Positions 64,304 through 74,432 of a DNA stretch of 248,000 nucleotides are shown here, one piece after another. The stretch comes from Hyalangium minutum. GTDB taxonomy: Bacteria; Myxococcota; Myxococcia; Myxococcales; Myxococcaceae. Below the pieces are notes generated by a model. That model was not told the DNA's origin and did not search any database. It saw only the letters and a program-made list of their open reading frames with translations. The stretch covers positions 20,001 to 268,000 of the forward strand of contig NZ_JMCB01000004.1 in NCBI RefSeq assembly GCF_000737315.1. The letters run 5' to 3'. The translations under genes were made by a program, and so were the position numbers. The stretch's first letter is position 1, and each line of letters starts with the position of its first letter.

Positions 64304-65341
64304 TCAGGCGCGCTGGGACTTCAGCATCCAGCCGATCATCTTGTAGAGCAGCCGCGCACCCACGTTGCCGTCCCACTCGCCGCCATCGGGATCGGGGGCG
64401 ACCTCGGTCAAATCGAAGCCGACGATGGTGCGCCCCGAGCGGACCACGCCGGCAATGAGTGCCGTGGCCTGAGGGAAGGAGAGGCCGCCAGGCACGGGCG
64501 TGCCGGTGTGCGGGCAGAGCACGGGATCCAGACCGTCGATGTCGAACGAGAGGTACACCTGTTGCGGGAGGTGGGCGACGAGTTCATCCACCAACCGGTT
64601 CCAGGGCATGCCGTCGAACTGCCTCTGCTGGAGCGTGGAGTCGAAGTAGGAGCGGATGCGGCCGTTGGAGAGCTCGATGACCTGGTTCTCCTCCTCGCTC
64701 ATGTCGCGCACGGCTACCTGGACGAGCGACTTCACGCCCGGCAGGCGCTGTACCACGTTGTACATGATGGAGGCGTGGGACCAGGTGAAGCCCTCGTAGG
64801 CGTTGCGCAGGTCCGCGTGCGCATCGAGGTGGAGCACTCCGAGCCCCGGGTACTTCTCGGCGTGGGCCTGGATGGAGCCGTAGGAGATGGAGTGGTCCCC
64901 GCCGATGGAGCCCACGCGCTTGCCCTGGTCGAGCCAGTGCTGGGTGGTGCGGTAGACGTAGTCGTTCATCTTCTCGGAGAGCGCGTTGACCTCGTTGGCG
65001 GCGGCGCGGAGCTCGGGCTGGTCGGCGTGGACGCCTCCGGCCTCGATGACGAGCTGGGCGCGCTCCTTGGCGCGGGTATTCCAGGCGCGGAGATCCTCGG
65101 ACTCGGGGAGCATGGCGATGCCGCGCTCATAGGGGCGGCCGGTCTCCACGTCGAAGAGGTCGACCTGGCGGCTGGCATTGAGGACGGCGCTGGGGCCCTC
65201 GGAGGTGCCGCCGCCGTAGCTGGTGGTGGCCTCGAAGGGGACGGGGACGAGGACGACATGGGCCTCGTCGGGAGAGTGGGGGAGGCCGAAGATGCCGGAA
65301 TCAGGGGAGGCGGCGGCGCCGGGGTCGAAGTGGGTAGCCAT
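64304..65341 (-). CDS. Agmatinase/ureohydrolase family protein
   Basis: GGDHS, DAHAD, SFDID. Confidence 0.92.
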   Translation of the reverse strand: MATHFDPGAAASPDSGIFGLPHSPDEAHVVLVPVPFEATTSYGGGTSEGPSAVLNASRQVDLFDVETGRPYERGIAMLPESEDLRAWNTRAKERAQLVIEAGGVHADQPELRAAANEVNALSEKMNDYVYRTTQHWLDQGKRVGSIGGDHSISYGSIQAHAEKYPGLGVLHLDAHADLRNAYEGFTWSHASIMYNVVQRLPGVKSLVQVAVRDMSEEENQVIELSNGRIRSYFDSTLQQRQFDGMPWNRLVDELVAHLPQQVYLSFDIDGLDPVLCPHTGTPVPGGLSFPQATALIAGVVRSGRTIVGFDLTEVAPDPDGGEWDGNVGARLLYKMIGWMLKSQRA

Positions 65342-65469
65342 GGCGCGGCGCAGGATATGGAGTCAGCCGGGGTTGGCAATGGCCTTCGGTCGGCGCTCGA
65401 ACGGGTCCTTGCTGCGTGGGTAGACTGGCTCACTCTGCGGAAGGGCGCAGACCGAGGGGGAGTCCACAT

Positions 65470-65937
65470 ATGCGAGAGGCTGTGAAGCGGTTTGGCTGGG
65501 GGCTTGTGTTGGGTGCGGCGCTGGTGGGGTGTGGAGGGGATGAGGAGGAAGCTCCCGTCATCCAGACGATGCGGGTGGTGGAGCACGCGAGCACGGATGC
65601 CGTCACCGACAATTCGCCCCCGGGAGACTCCGTGGGGGACGTGCTGACCTTCGCGAACGAGCTGTACGACGAGACGAACACGCGGAAGGTGGGCACAAAC
65701 CAGGGCTACTGCGTGCGGGTGGTGGCGGGGCAGGCCTGGGAGTGTCTGTGGACCGCTTTCCTGGAGGGCGGGCAAATCTCGGTGGAGGGCCCCTTCTACG
65801 ATGTGAAGGGGTCCACCCTGTCCATCACGGGCGGCACCGGGAACTTCAATGGCGCCCGTGGGCAGATGCAGCTGGAGTTCCGCAACCCGCAGGGCACGGA
65901 GTTCGACTTCATCTACCAGGTCCTGCTGGACCGCTGA
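65470..65937 (+). CDS. Allene oxide cyclase/dirigent-like barrel lipoprotein
   Basis: Lipobox LVGC; GDVLTFAN, GQISVEG, ITGGTG. Confidence 0.65.
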   Translation: MREAVKRFGWGLVLGAALVGCGGDEEEAPVIQTMRVVEHASTDAVTDNSPPGDSVGDVLTFANELYDETNTRKVGTNQGYCVRVVAGQAWECLWTAFLEGGQISVEGPFYDVKGSTLSITGGTGNFNGARGQMQLEFRNPQGTEFDFIYQVLLDR

Positions 65938-65955
65938 GGTGAAGGCGCTGTGGGC

Positions 65956-68784
65956 TCAGGGGCCGAAGCCCACCACCAGGGCCGGCGTGGTGCGGTAGAG
66001 GTACCCGCCGTTGCCCAGCTGGCCCAGCCAGTTGTTGCCCCACACCGACAGCGTGCCGGTCTGGCTCAGCGTCATCGAGGACAGGTTGCCCGCGATGACC
66101 TTTTGCACGCCACTCACCCCCGTGAGCTGCTTGATCGTCGTGCCGGGGATGGTCGTCCCCGCGCCCGCCTGGCTCTGGGAGTTGCTGCCCCAGCCCCACG
66201 CCGTGCCGTCCGTCTTCACCGCCAGCGTGTGGCTCGAGCCCGCGGACACCCCCGCCACGCTGCTCAGGGCCGTCACCCGCACCGGCGTGCTGCGCGAGGT
66301 GTACGTGCCGTCCCCCAGCTGGCCCGAGCCGTTGTTCCCCCACACCCAGAGCGTCCCGTCGCTCTTGACCGCCAGCGAGTGGTCGTCTCCCGCTGCCACC
66401 GCCACCACGCCCGTCATCCCCGGCACCTGCACCGGCGACGTGCGGCGCGTGGTCGTCCCATCTCCCAGCTGGCCGTAGTCATTGCGTCCCCACGCCCACA
66501 CCGTGCCGTCCGACTTCAGCACCAACGTGTGCGCATAGCCCGCCGCCATCGCCGCCACGTTCGTCATCCCCGGCACCAGCACCGGCGAATAGCGCTGAGT
66601 CGTCGTACCGTCCCCCAGTTGTCCGTAGATGTTGCCGCCCCACGCCCACATCGTCCCGTCGCTCTTCAGCACCAGCGAGTGGAAGTAGCCTGCCTTGATC
66701 GCCGTCACCCCCGTCAGGTTCGGTACCTGGAGGGGCGAGTAGTGGTACTCGGTGCCATTGAGGGGCCCGATGCCCAGCGAGCCATAGCCTCCATAGCCCC
66801 AGGCCCACACGGTGCCGTCCGCCTTCAACGCCAGCGAGTACATCTGGCCCGCCGCCACCGCCGTCACGCTGCTCAGCCCCGTCACCTGCGCCGGCAGGTT
66901 CTGGGCCGTTTGCGGATGCCCCAGCGGGAATGCGTAGGAGAGGCCCCCGCCCCACGACCAGAGCGTGCCATCCGAGCGCAGCGCCAGCATGTGCCAGTAG
67001 CCCACCGCTGCCGCCGTCACGTTCGTCAGGCCCTGCACCGTCACCGGGGTGGTGGTGTGCACGATCTTCCCATCCCCCAGCTCGTAATCATCGTTGCCGC
67101 CCCAGGCCCAGATCCGCCCGTCCGAGTGCTTCGCCACCGAGTGGGAGCCTCCAGCTGCCACCGCCACCACCCCGCTCAGCCCCACCACCTGCACCGGCGT
67201 GTTGCGCTGGGTGGTCGTCCCATCGCCCAGCTGGCCCAGGTTGTTGCTGCCCCACGTCCACACCGTGCCGTCCGACTTCAGCGCCACCGAGTGGTTGTAC
67301 CCCGTGGCCACCGCCACCACCCCGCTCAGCCCCACCACCTGCACCGGTGTGTTGCGGCTGGTGGTCGTCCCATCGCCCAGCTGGCCCGAGCCGTTGCTGC
67401 CCCAGGCCCACACGGTGCCGTCCGTCTTCAGCGCCAGCGAGTAGCCCATCCCCGCCACCACCGCCTTCACCCCGCTCAGCCCCACCACCTGTCCCGGCGT
67501 GTTGCGGCTGGTGGTCGTCCCATCGCCCAGCTCGCCATTCCAGTTGGAGCCCCAGCTCCACACCGTGCCCGCCGGCGAGGTCACCGCCAGCGTGTGGTAG
67601 TCGCCCGCGTCCGCTGCCACCACGCCGCTCAAGCCCTGCACCTGCGCGGGCAGGGAGCGGGACGTGGTCGTGCCATCCCCCAGCTGGCCGTACATGTTGT
67701 TGCCCCAGATCCACAGCGTCCCGTCACTCTTCACCGCCAGCGAGTGCCTCGAGCCCCCAGCCAGCACAGCCACCGAGCTCAGCCCTACCGCCTGCACCGG
67801 GTTGCCGGGGTAGTTCGTCGTCCCGTCGCCCAGCTGCCCATCGTTGTTGCTGCCCCAGCCCCACACCGTGCCGTCCTGCGTCAGCGCCAGCTGGTGCCCG
67901 CCCCCGGAGGCCAGCGACACCACGCTGCTCAGCCCCCACACCTGCGTCCGCTGGCCGCGGAGGGTGGAGTACCCATCCGTGTAGTCTCCCTGGTTGCTGC
68001 CCCACGTCCACACCGTGCCATCCGCCGCGATGCTCAGCGACAGCCGATCACCACTGCTCACGGTGGCCCGGCTCGAGGTGGGAGGCGGCGGAGGCGTGGC
68101 GGTCCCTACCTCGAAGACCAGGTCGTCGCGATCATCGTAGCCCCCGGAGGTGCAAGGGGCGGCCGTCCCCGAGTACCGGAACGAGGCGCGCACCGCCTGC
68201 ATGCTGCCGCCGGTCGAGGGCAGGGTGGTGTTGGCCACCAGCACCTGCGTCCCCGCTCCAGACGGCACCAGCGTGGTGACGAAGGTCCACGACGGGTTGC
68301 TCGCGTCCGCCGCCACGTAGATGTCCAGGTAGTCCGAGCTGTAGCCGGAATACGCCCAGACGGTGGCCTCCACCGTGACCGCCTTGCCCGGCGCCAGGGC
68401 CGTGCCGTCCACCGTGGAGACCTTCAGCCGATCCAGCGACTCATCCGAGTGGAACATGCCCGAGGGGCCGTCCGCACAGCTGCCGCCCAGCGTGTTGGGG
68501 GCATGGGACTCTGGGCCGACTGAACCGCGGCCCAGTACCAACGACGGCCCCGTGTCACAGCCCGAAGCTCCCGCGGTGCACTTGGGCGCCTGGAGCGCCG
68601 GATCGTAGCTCGCCGTCTGCACCAGGGCCGCCGAGGCCGTGGCGGCCTGGAGGGGGCTGACCGGCGCCTGCTCCGCTGCCGTCCCGAGCTCTGCTCCACA
68701 GCCGCTCGCCAGCGCTCCCAGCAGCAGCCACAGTGTTCTCGCACTCTTCGCTGTCCGCATCCGTTTTGCTCCCTTTTCGAGCAC
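65956..68784 (-). CDS. RCC1-repeat lipoprotein
   Basis: Many [13 protein letters not shown] repeats. Confidence 0.92.
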   Translation of the reverse strand: MLEKGAKRMRTAKSARTLWLLLGALASGCGAELGTAAEQAPVSPLQAATASAALVQTASYDPALQAPKCTAGASGCDTGPSLVLGRGSVGPESHAPNTLGGSCADGPSGMFHSDESLDRLKVSTVDGTALAPGKAVTVEATVWAYSGYSSDYLDIYVAADASNPSWTFVTTLVPSGAGTQVLVANTTLPSTGGSMQAVRASFRYSGTAAPCTSGGYDDRDDLVFEVGTATPPPPPTSSRATVSSGDRLSLSIAADGTVWTWGSNQGDYTDGYSTLRGQRTQVWGLSSVVSLASGGGHQLALTQDGTVWGWGSNNDGQLGDGTTNYPGNPVQAVGLSSVAVLAGGSRHSLAVKSDGTLWIWGNNMYGQLGDGTTTSRSLPAQVQGLSGVVAADAGDYHTLAVTSPAGTVWSWGSNWNGELGDGTTTSRNTPGQVVGLSGVKAVVAGMGYSLALKTDGTVWAWGSNGSGQLGDGTTTSRNTPVQVVGLSGVVAVATGYNHSVALKSDGTVWTWGSNNLGQLGDGTTTQRNTPVQVVGLSGVVAVAAGGSHSVAKHSDGRIWAWGGNDDYELGDGKIVHTTTPVTVQGLTNVTAAAVGYWHMLALRSDGTLWSWGGGLSYAFPLGHPQTAQNLPAQVTGLSSVTAVAAGQMYSLALKADGTVWAWGYGGYGSLGIGPLNGTEYHYSPLQVPNLTGVTAIKAGYFHSLVLKSDGTMWAWGGNIYGQLGDGTTTQRYSPVLVPGMTNVAAMAAGYAHTLVLKSDGTVWAWGRNDYGQLGDGTTTRRTSPVQVPGMTGVVAVAAGDDHSLAVKSDGTLWVWGNNGSGQLGDGTYTSRSTPVRVTALSSVAGVSAGSSHTLAVKTDGTAWGWGSNSQSQAGAGTTIPGTTIKQLTGVSGVQKVIAGNLSSMTLSQTGTLSVWGNNWLGQLGNGGYLYRTTPALVVGFGP

Positions 68785-68909
68785 ACGCTTTGAACGTGCT
68801 TACCGGTGAAAAACGGTAAAAAACGTACTTCTCGCGAAGTCCGCCAGTAATGAAATTATCTGATAGACTTGGAGTGTGGGTGAGGTGAGGAATCGCTGGG
68901 AGGAAGGAC

Positions 68910-69899
68910 TCACTCCCAGTGCAGGACTACCTTGCCCACAGCCTCGTTGCTCGCCATGCGCGTGAGCGCGTCCCGGAGGTCCGTCATCGGCACCACGGCG
69001 TCGATGACGGGCTTCAGCGCTCCCGAGCGGAACAGCGGGAGCAAGTGACGCTCCGCCGCTTGGGCCAGGGCGATCTTCTCCTCCAGCGGACGGCTGCGCA
69101 GCACCGTGCCGGTAATCCGCAGGCGCTTCATCAGGATCAGCCCCAGGTTCACCTGCGTCTTGTTGCCCGCCACCAGCCCCACGAGCATCGCCCGGCCCTG
69201 CGGTGCCAGCGCCTCCAGCGTCTCCGGGACGTAGTCCCCGCCCACGAGATCCAACGCCACGTCCGCGCCTCGGCCTCCCGTGGCCTTCTTCACGGCCTCG
69301 GCGAAGCGGGGTGGGGTGCCGTCCACATGCACCGTGTGCTCCACGCCCCACTCGCGGGCTCGCTCCAGCTTCTTCGCGTTGCGCCCCGTGCCCACCACCT
69401 GCACACCCATCGCCCGGCACAGCTGCGCCGCTGCCGAGCCCACGCCACTCGCCACCGCGTGCACCAGCGCTGTCTCGCCCGGCCGCATGCCTCCTTGCAG
69501 CACCAGCGCGTCGAACGCCGTCAGGTACACCTCCGGTAGCGCTGCTGCGTCCGTGAAGTCCATGCCTTCGGGCATGGGCAGCGCCTCACGCTCGTGGACT
69601 GTGAGCTGCTCCGCCCAGGCCCCGCCTCCCACCAGTCCCATCACCCGATCCCCAGGCTTGAAGCGGCGGCACCGAGGCCCCACCGCGAGCACCTCGCCCG
69701 CGTACTCCAGGCCCGGAACGTCCGGCGGCACATCCGGCGGAGCCGCGTAGTGCCCCTTCACCTGCAACAGGTCCGCCCGGTTGAGTGCCGTGGCTCGAAC
69801 CCTGACGAGCAATTCCGAGGGCCCCGGTGTCAGATCCGGACGATCTTCCAGCGAGAGGACCTCGGGACCGCCTGCGCCTGTGGTGCGGAAGACTTTCAT
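68910..69899 (-). CDS. NAD(P)H-quinone oxidoreductase (zeta-crystallin/PIG3 family)
   Basis: NRADL, PGLEYAG, SGVGS. Confidence 0.9.
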   Translation of the reverse strand: MKVFRTTGAGGPEVLSLEDRPDLTPGPSELLVRVRATALNRADLLQVKGHYAAPPDVPPDVPGLEYAGEVLAVGPRCRRFKPGDRVMGLVGGGAWAEQLTVHEREALPMPEGMDFTDAAALPEVYLTAFDALVLQGGMRPGETALVHAVASGVGSAAAQLCRAMGVQVVGTGRNAKKLERAREWGVEHTVHVDGTPPRFAEAVKKATGGRGADVALDLVGGDYVPETLEALAPQGRAMLVGLVAGNKTQVNLGLILMKRLRITGTVLRSRPLEEKIALAQAAERHLLPLFRSGALKPVIDAVVPMTDLRDALTRMASNEAVGKVVLHWE

Positions 69900-69911
69900 G
69901 CGTGCCTCGCT

Positions 69912-71039
69912 TCAGCCGTTCCATTCCGTGTAGTGCGTCGTCGCCTCGCCCATCGCCAGCCCGTGCCGCCGCGCCACCTGGAACATGTGGGGAAACGCCG
70001 CCAGCTGATACCAGAACGGCTTCTGATCTTCCCTCCGCCAGAGTGAGTCGCGTGCGGCGCTGAACGCTTGCCACCACTCGCGCAGCTCCCGCCACGAGCG
70101 CAGCCGAGGCAGCGCCGCCGTCCACATGAGCATGCCCAACATCACCGGCTTCTCCAGATCGGGCTCGGCGATTCCCTCGCCGAACATCGCCCGCCCGAGC
70201 CTCCCATCCTCCGGGAACAGGAGCATGCCGCTCGTCATCCGGGGATTGCACTCCAGCGCGTACAGCGCTCCGCTCGCCGTCTCGATGAAGTCAAACCCGA
70301 GGCTCCCCGTGAAGCCCGTGCCCTCCAGGAAGCGCAGCACCCAGTCGCGGCTGCCCGCGTGGGCGATGGGCTCGTAATAGAACCCGGGCCCTCCCGGGAA
70401 CCGATACCGCGGCTGGTAGCAAACATGCGCCACCAGCGCTCCCTCCCAGACGAGGCTGGAGGTGCACAGCTCGGTGCCCTCGATGAACTGCTGGGCCAGC
70501 AGGCGCTGCTGGAAATCGAGCCCCCTCCGCGAAGCTCCCGCCTGCAGCAGCCGCGTCTTCTGTCCGAAGCGCGTGAACGCAGGCTTCACGATGAGCCGGC
70601 CGTGCTCCCGCAGGAGCGCCTCCAACTGCGAAGGGCCCTCCAGGGGCCACGTCTTCGGCGCGGGCAGGCCTCGGGCGGACAACCGCTGGTTGAACGCCCA
70701 CTTGTCATGCCACTCCGCGAGCTGCTCGAAGCGGCCCGCCACCACGAGGCAGCGCTCCCTCAGCCGCTCCCAGTGCCGCGCCACATAGAGGACCTCCTCC
70801 CCCGTGGGCACGAGCGCATCCACCCCATGCTCCTCGATGAGCGAGAGCAAGCGTTGGATGAACGCCTCCTCCTCGAAGCGAGGCGAGGGAATCTGGAACG
70901 TCCTCGCCACGTCCCGCGAGTGCCGCATCGGGTACGTCGGGAAGGTGTCGCAGACGAACACCTCGTGTCCCGCCCGCTTCAGCTGCCGCACCGCCCCAAG
71001 CGCGGGGATTCCTCGGGCTCCGGTCAGCAGGACTCTCAC
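69912..71039 (-). CDS. ATP-grasp domain protein
   Basis: IVKPAFTRFG, QQFIEG, LECNPR. Confidence 0.8.
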   Translation of the reverse strand: MRVLLTGARGIPALGAVRQLKRAGHEVFVCDTFPTYPMRHSRDVARTFQIPSPRFEEEAFIQRLLSLIEEHGVDALVPTGEEVLYVARHWERLRERCLVVAGRFEQLAEWHDKWAFNQRLSARGLPAPKTWPLEGPSQLEALLREHGRLIVKPAFTRFGQKTRLLQAGASRRGLDFQQRLLAQQFIEGTELCTSSLVWEGALVAHVCYQPRYRFPGGPGFYYEPIAHAGSRDWVLRFLEGTGFTGSLGFDFIETASGALYALECNPRMTSGMLLFPEDGRLGRAMFGEGIAEPDLEKPVMLGMLMWTAALPRLRSWRELREWWQAFSAARDSLWRREDQKPFWYQLAAFPHMFQVARRHGLAMGEATTHYTEWNG

Positions 71040-71971
71040 GATGGGTACTGACGCGGAATGTCCTTCAGCGGCTCCGGGCCCGGCTCCTGCGCGGGCATCG
71101 GCCCCGTGGTCCACTGACGGAGGTAGTGAAGGATGTACGAGCGGCGCTGCTCACCCGGCGGAGACAGCGCGGGCAGGTGGAGCCACGACACGTCCGGGTA
71201 CGCGTGGTGGTTGTAGTCCAGCTCGCGGTGCAGGTTGAGCCAGCCATACGGCCACGGCGCCTCCAGGTTGAACGCGCCCTTGATGACGTCCCTCGGCGCG
71301 TACGAGTGCTCCAGGTAGTTCACCCCAGACCAGAGCGCTCCCGCTGCCACGTAGAACAACCCCAGCCGCCCCAGTGACAGCCCGGACAGCACGCTCGCCC
71401 CTGTTATCGCCACGGCGCACAGCAGCAGCTCCGCGCGGATGCGCCCGATGCTGATCTCCGGATGGCGGAAGATGGCCTCCGCGATGTGGAGCTTCTCGGA
71501 CATGCGGCGGAACACCCCCGGCGCCACGAGCAGCAGCAACAGGAACGGAGGGATGACCCAGTACCAGAACCCCACCAGCATCAGGTACCAGGCGATCGTC
71601 CGCCCCACCCGCGAGTGGTGCGGGTAGTACAGGTCGAACATCTCCTGGTCGCTGCGGTTCTTCAGGTGGTGGCTCCAGTGGGTGATGGAGAGCATCGACG
71701 CCGACATCGGGAACAGCAGCCCGCACAGCACCCCCAGCCACCGGTTCCACACCGGATTCGGGTGCAGCTTGAGGTGCGAGGCCTCGTGCATCAGGGCGAA
71801 CTGTGTCTGGAAGAGCAGGGCGTAGGCCCCCACGCACAGGCCCAGCGCCCAGCCGCTCTCCACCCGCGCTCCGAGGAGCAGCAGCCCCACCAGCGCCAAG
71901 AACACGCTCAGCGTCAGGAACGTGTTCAGGCGGTAGGGGATGCTGCGGAAGTCTCTCGGCGCGCTGCTCAT
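71036..71971 (-). CDS. Membrane fatty acid desaturase family protein
   Basis: HEASH, HWSHH, HRELDYNHH histidine boxes. Confidence 0.8.
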   Translation of the reverse strand: MSSAPRDFRSIPYRLNTFLTLSVFLALVGLLLLGARVESGWALGLCVGAYALLFQTQFALMHEASHLKLHPNPVWNRWLGVLCGLLFPMSASMLSITHWSHHLKNRSDQEMFDLYYPHHSRVGRTIAWYLMLVGFWYWVIPPFLLLLLVAPGVFRRMSEKLHIAEAIFRHPEISIGRIRAELLLCAVAITGASVLSGLSLGRLGLFYVAAGALWSGVNYLEHSYAPRDVIKGAFNLEAPWPYGWLNLHRELDYNHHAYPDVSWLHLPALSPPGEQRRSYILHYLRQWTTGPMPAQEPGPEPLKDIPRQYPS

Positions 71972-72004
71972 ACGGGACCCCAGTATGACCCAAGTGGCTC
72001 GGGG

Positions 72005-72625
72005 TCAGCGACGCTCGCGACGATCTCCCACCACTCTTGCGGGAACCCCCGCCACGATGGCCCACTCGGGCACGTCTCGCGTGACGATCGCCCCCATGCC
72101 CACCACCGCGTGGGCGCCAATCGTCACCCCGTCCGTGACGCCCGCGTTCGCGCCGATCCACACGTCCGCGCCCACCCGGATGCCTCGCGACGTCACCGGC
72201 TGCTCGCGCAGGGGCCGATCCGGATCCATCCCGTGGTTGAAGGCGTAGAGCGTGGCCCCCGTCGCGATGCGCGTCCCATCTCCAATGTGGATGCCCGCAG
72301 CGCCTCCATCGAGGCTCGCCCGCGCGTTGATGCTCACCTGTCGCCCCAGAGTCACCGGCCCGTGGACGAACACATCCGCCGCGATGCTCGAGCCTGGACC
72401 GATGACGAGCGTCCGCCCGGGCTCCGCGAACAGACGGGCCTCGGGCGCCACGAAGCAGCCCTCGGCGATCTGGATGGTCTCCAGCTCCATGAAGCGCGCC
72501 TGCACCTCGCGCTGCCACTCCTCAGCCCATTTCCGGTGCCGGGGCTTCAGCGAGAAGTACAGCCACGGCATCCACGAGAGTCGCTGCTTGTGCTGCTCCC
72601 GGCGGCGTGCGTCCAGGTCTTCCAC
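72005..72625 (-). CDS. Hexapeptide-repeat acyltransferase
   Basis: Left-handed beta-helix repeats, GVPAR. Confidence 0.85.
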   Translation of the reverse strand: MEDLDARRREQHKQRLSWMPWLYFSLKPRHRKWAEEWQREVQARFMELETIQIAEGCFVAPEARLFAEPGRTLVIGPGSSIAADVFVHGPVTLGRQVSINARASLDGGAAGIHIGDGTRIATGATLYAFNHGMDPDRPLREQPVTSRGIRVGADVWIGANAGVTDGVTIGAHAVVGMGAIVTRDVPEWAIVAGVPARVVGDRRERR

Positions 72626-72647
72626 GAGCGTGCGAGCTCCTTGGGCC

Positions 72648-74432
72648 TCAGCGCCCGATCGCGAACGGCACCTGGATGGGGACTCTCGGGCGCAACGGAT
72701 CCGCGGGGAAGGTCACCTTGCTCATCTTCGCCTTCAAGCACTGAACCAGGCTGGGCGTGAGCGGCTTCGTGCCGGTGATCTCGATGTCGGAGAGCGAGCC
72801 TGAGGTCTCGACCTTGCTCACGATGGTCACCCGGGTGCCCAGGGGAATTCCCTCGGCATGCTCATCCACGCACTGCTTGAGCTTGCCAAGGTGAGGCGCC
72901 ATGGTCGCGTTGAGGTCCTCGGTCGTGAGTTGGCCCGGGACGCTCACCTTCTTAGAAGTGGGCTTCTTGGCCTTTCCCTTGGACGGAGACTTCGCAACCT
73001 CCGCAGGCTCCTCGGGAAGTGGCTTGGGTGGCTCGACCGCAGCCTGCGCGGCTTCGGGCGGATTGGCCACCGGTGGAGGGGGGGGCGTGGGAGCTGGCTG
73101 TGCGACCACAGGCTGCGCCACTGGCGGGGTCGTCACGATGCCCGGCGCTGGAGCCTCGGGCCGAGACCTCAAGTACCAAGCCGCTCCTCCTCCGAGGGCC
73201 AGCAGCAAGACCGCCGCGAAGGCTCCTACGGCTGCAGAGAGCCCGGTGCTCCGAGCAGGAGCCGTGCTCACCGGCGCAGGTGGGCTCACCAGGGCGGGCG
73301 CGCTGACGGGCGCCGTCACCACGGGGATGCCGTGGGGATCCGACGGCCGGATCAGTGTCTTTTCCAGCCCTACTAGATCCGTCTGCAGCGGGCGGCGGAC
73401 CTCTGGCTCGGCGGACGGCAGGATCGCCGCCAGCTCCGTGAGCGAGGGCACCTTCGTCTTCTGCTCGACGTGGGACGCGCCGAACAGGTTCTGCATGTAG
73501 TGCGCGAGCTGCGATGTACCCGGCACCGAAGGCGTCACCCGCAGGAACTCTTCCAGGTCCGCCCGCATCTCCGCAGCGCTCGCGTAGCGATCCTCGGGGC
73601 GGCGCTCCAGCGCCTTCATCACGATCCGATCCAGCGCTGGCGGCACGTCCGGACGCCGCTCGCTCGGTGGCGGAATGGGCTGCGCCATCAGCGCCAGCAG
73701 CACGCCGATCTCGTTGTCCTTCTCGAACACGCGGCGCACCGTGAGCAGCTCGTAGAAGGTGACGCCCAGCGAGAACAGATCGCTGCGGGCATCGATCTGC
73801 TCACCCCGGGCCTGCTCGGGGGACATGTAGCCCCACTTGCCCTTGAGCAGCCCCGGCTGCGTCTGCGTCATCCGCGACGAGGCCTTGGCGATGCCGAAGT
73901 CCAGCACCTTCACCATTCCCTGGAAGGTGACGAAGATGTTCGAGGGGGAGATGTCTCGGTGCACCAGCCCCAGCGGCTGGCCCTGCTCCTGGTAGCTGTG
74001 GGCGAACTCCAGACCCTCCAGCGCGGAGAGGATGATGCGAGCGGCGATGGCGATGGGCACGCCCTCACCCCGGGCGTGCGACGCGGTGATGACCGCGTCC
74101 AGGTCCTCGCCCGCCAGGTACTCCATGCAGATGTAGTAACGGTTGTCCGCCACCCCCAGATCCGAGATCTGCACGATGTTCGGGTGGTGCAGCCGCGCCG
74201 CCAGCCGCGCCTCGTCCAGGAACATGGAGACGAAGTCCCGCGACTGGGTGAAGTGATCCAGCATGCACTTGATCACCACGTCGCGCTCGAAGCCCTCGGC
74301 GCCCAGTTGCTTGGCGAGGAAGATCTCCGCCATGCCGCCCTCGGCGAGCTTGCGCAGCAGCACGTAGTTGCCGAAGCGGCGGGGCGTGGTGACCGGCCGT
74401 GTCAGGGGGATCACCGCGGGGGGGGAGCTCAT
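72648..74432 (-). CDS. Membrane Ser/Thr protein kinase
   Basis: HRDISPSN, DFG, YMSPE, TM. Confidence 0.93.
   Translation of the reverse strand: MSSPPAVIPLTRPVTTPRRFGNYVLLRKLAEGGMAEIFLAKQLGAEGFERDVVIKCMLDHFTQSRDFVSMFLDEARLAARLHHPNIVQISDLGVADNRYYICMEYLAGEDLDAVITASHARGEGVPIAIAARIILSALEGLEFAHSYQEQGQPLGLVHRDISPSNIFVTFQGMVKVLDFGIAKASSRMTQTQPGLLKGKWGYMSPEQARGEQIDARSDLFSLGVTFYELLTVRRVFEKDNEIGVLLALMAQPIPPPSERRPDVPPALDRIVMKALERRPEDRYASAAEMRADLEEFLRVTPSVPGTSQLAHYMQNLFGASHVEQKTKVPSLTELAAILPSAEPEVRRPLQTDLVGLEKTLIRPSDPHGIPVVTAPVSAPALVSPPAPVSTAPARSTGLSAAVGAFAAVLLLALGGGAAWYLRSRPEAPAPGIVTTPPVAQPVVAQPAPTPPPPPVANPPEAAQAAVEPPKPLPEEPAEVAKSPSKGKAKKPTSKKVSVPGQLTTEDLNATMAPHLGKLKQCVDEHAEGIPLGTRVTIVSKVETSGSLSDIEITGTKPLTPSLVQCLKAKMSKVTFPADPLRPRVPIQVPFAIGR

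Noticed and set aside
65956-68784. RCC1 DNA repeats as a possible repeat array or mobile element
   Set aside because: Repeats are in-frame coding units of a common myxobacterial beta-propeller.
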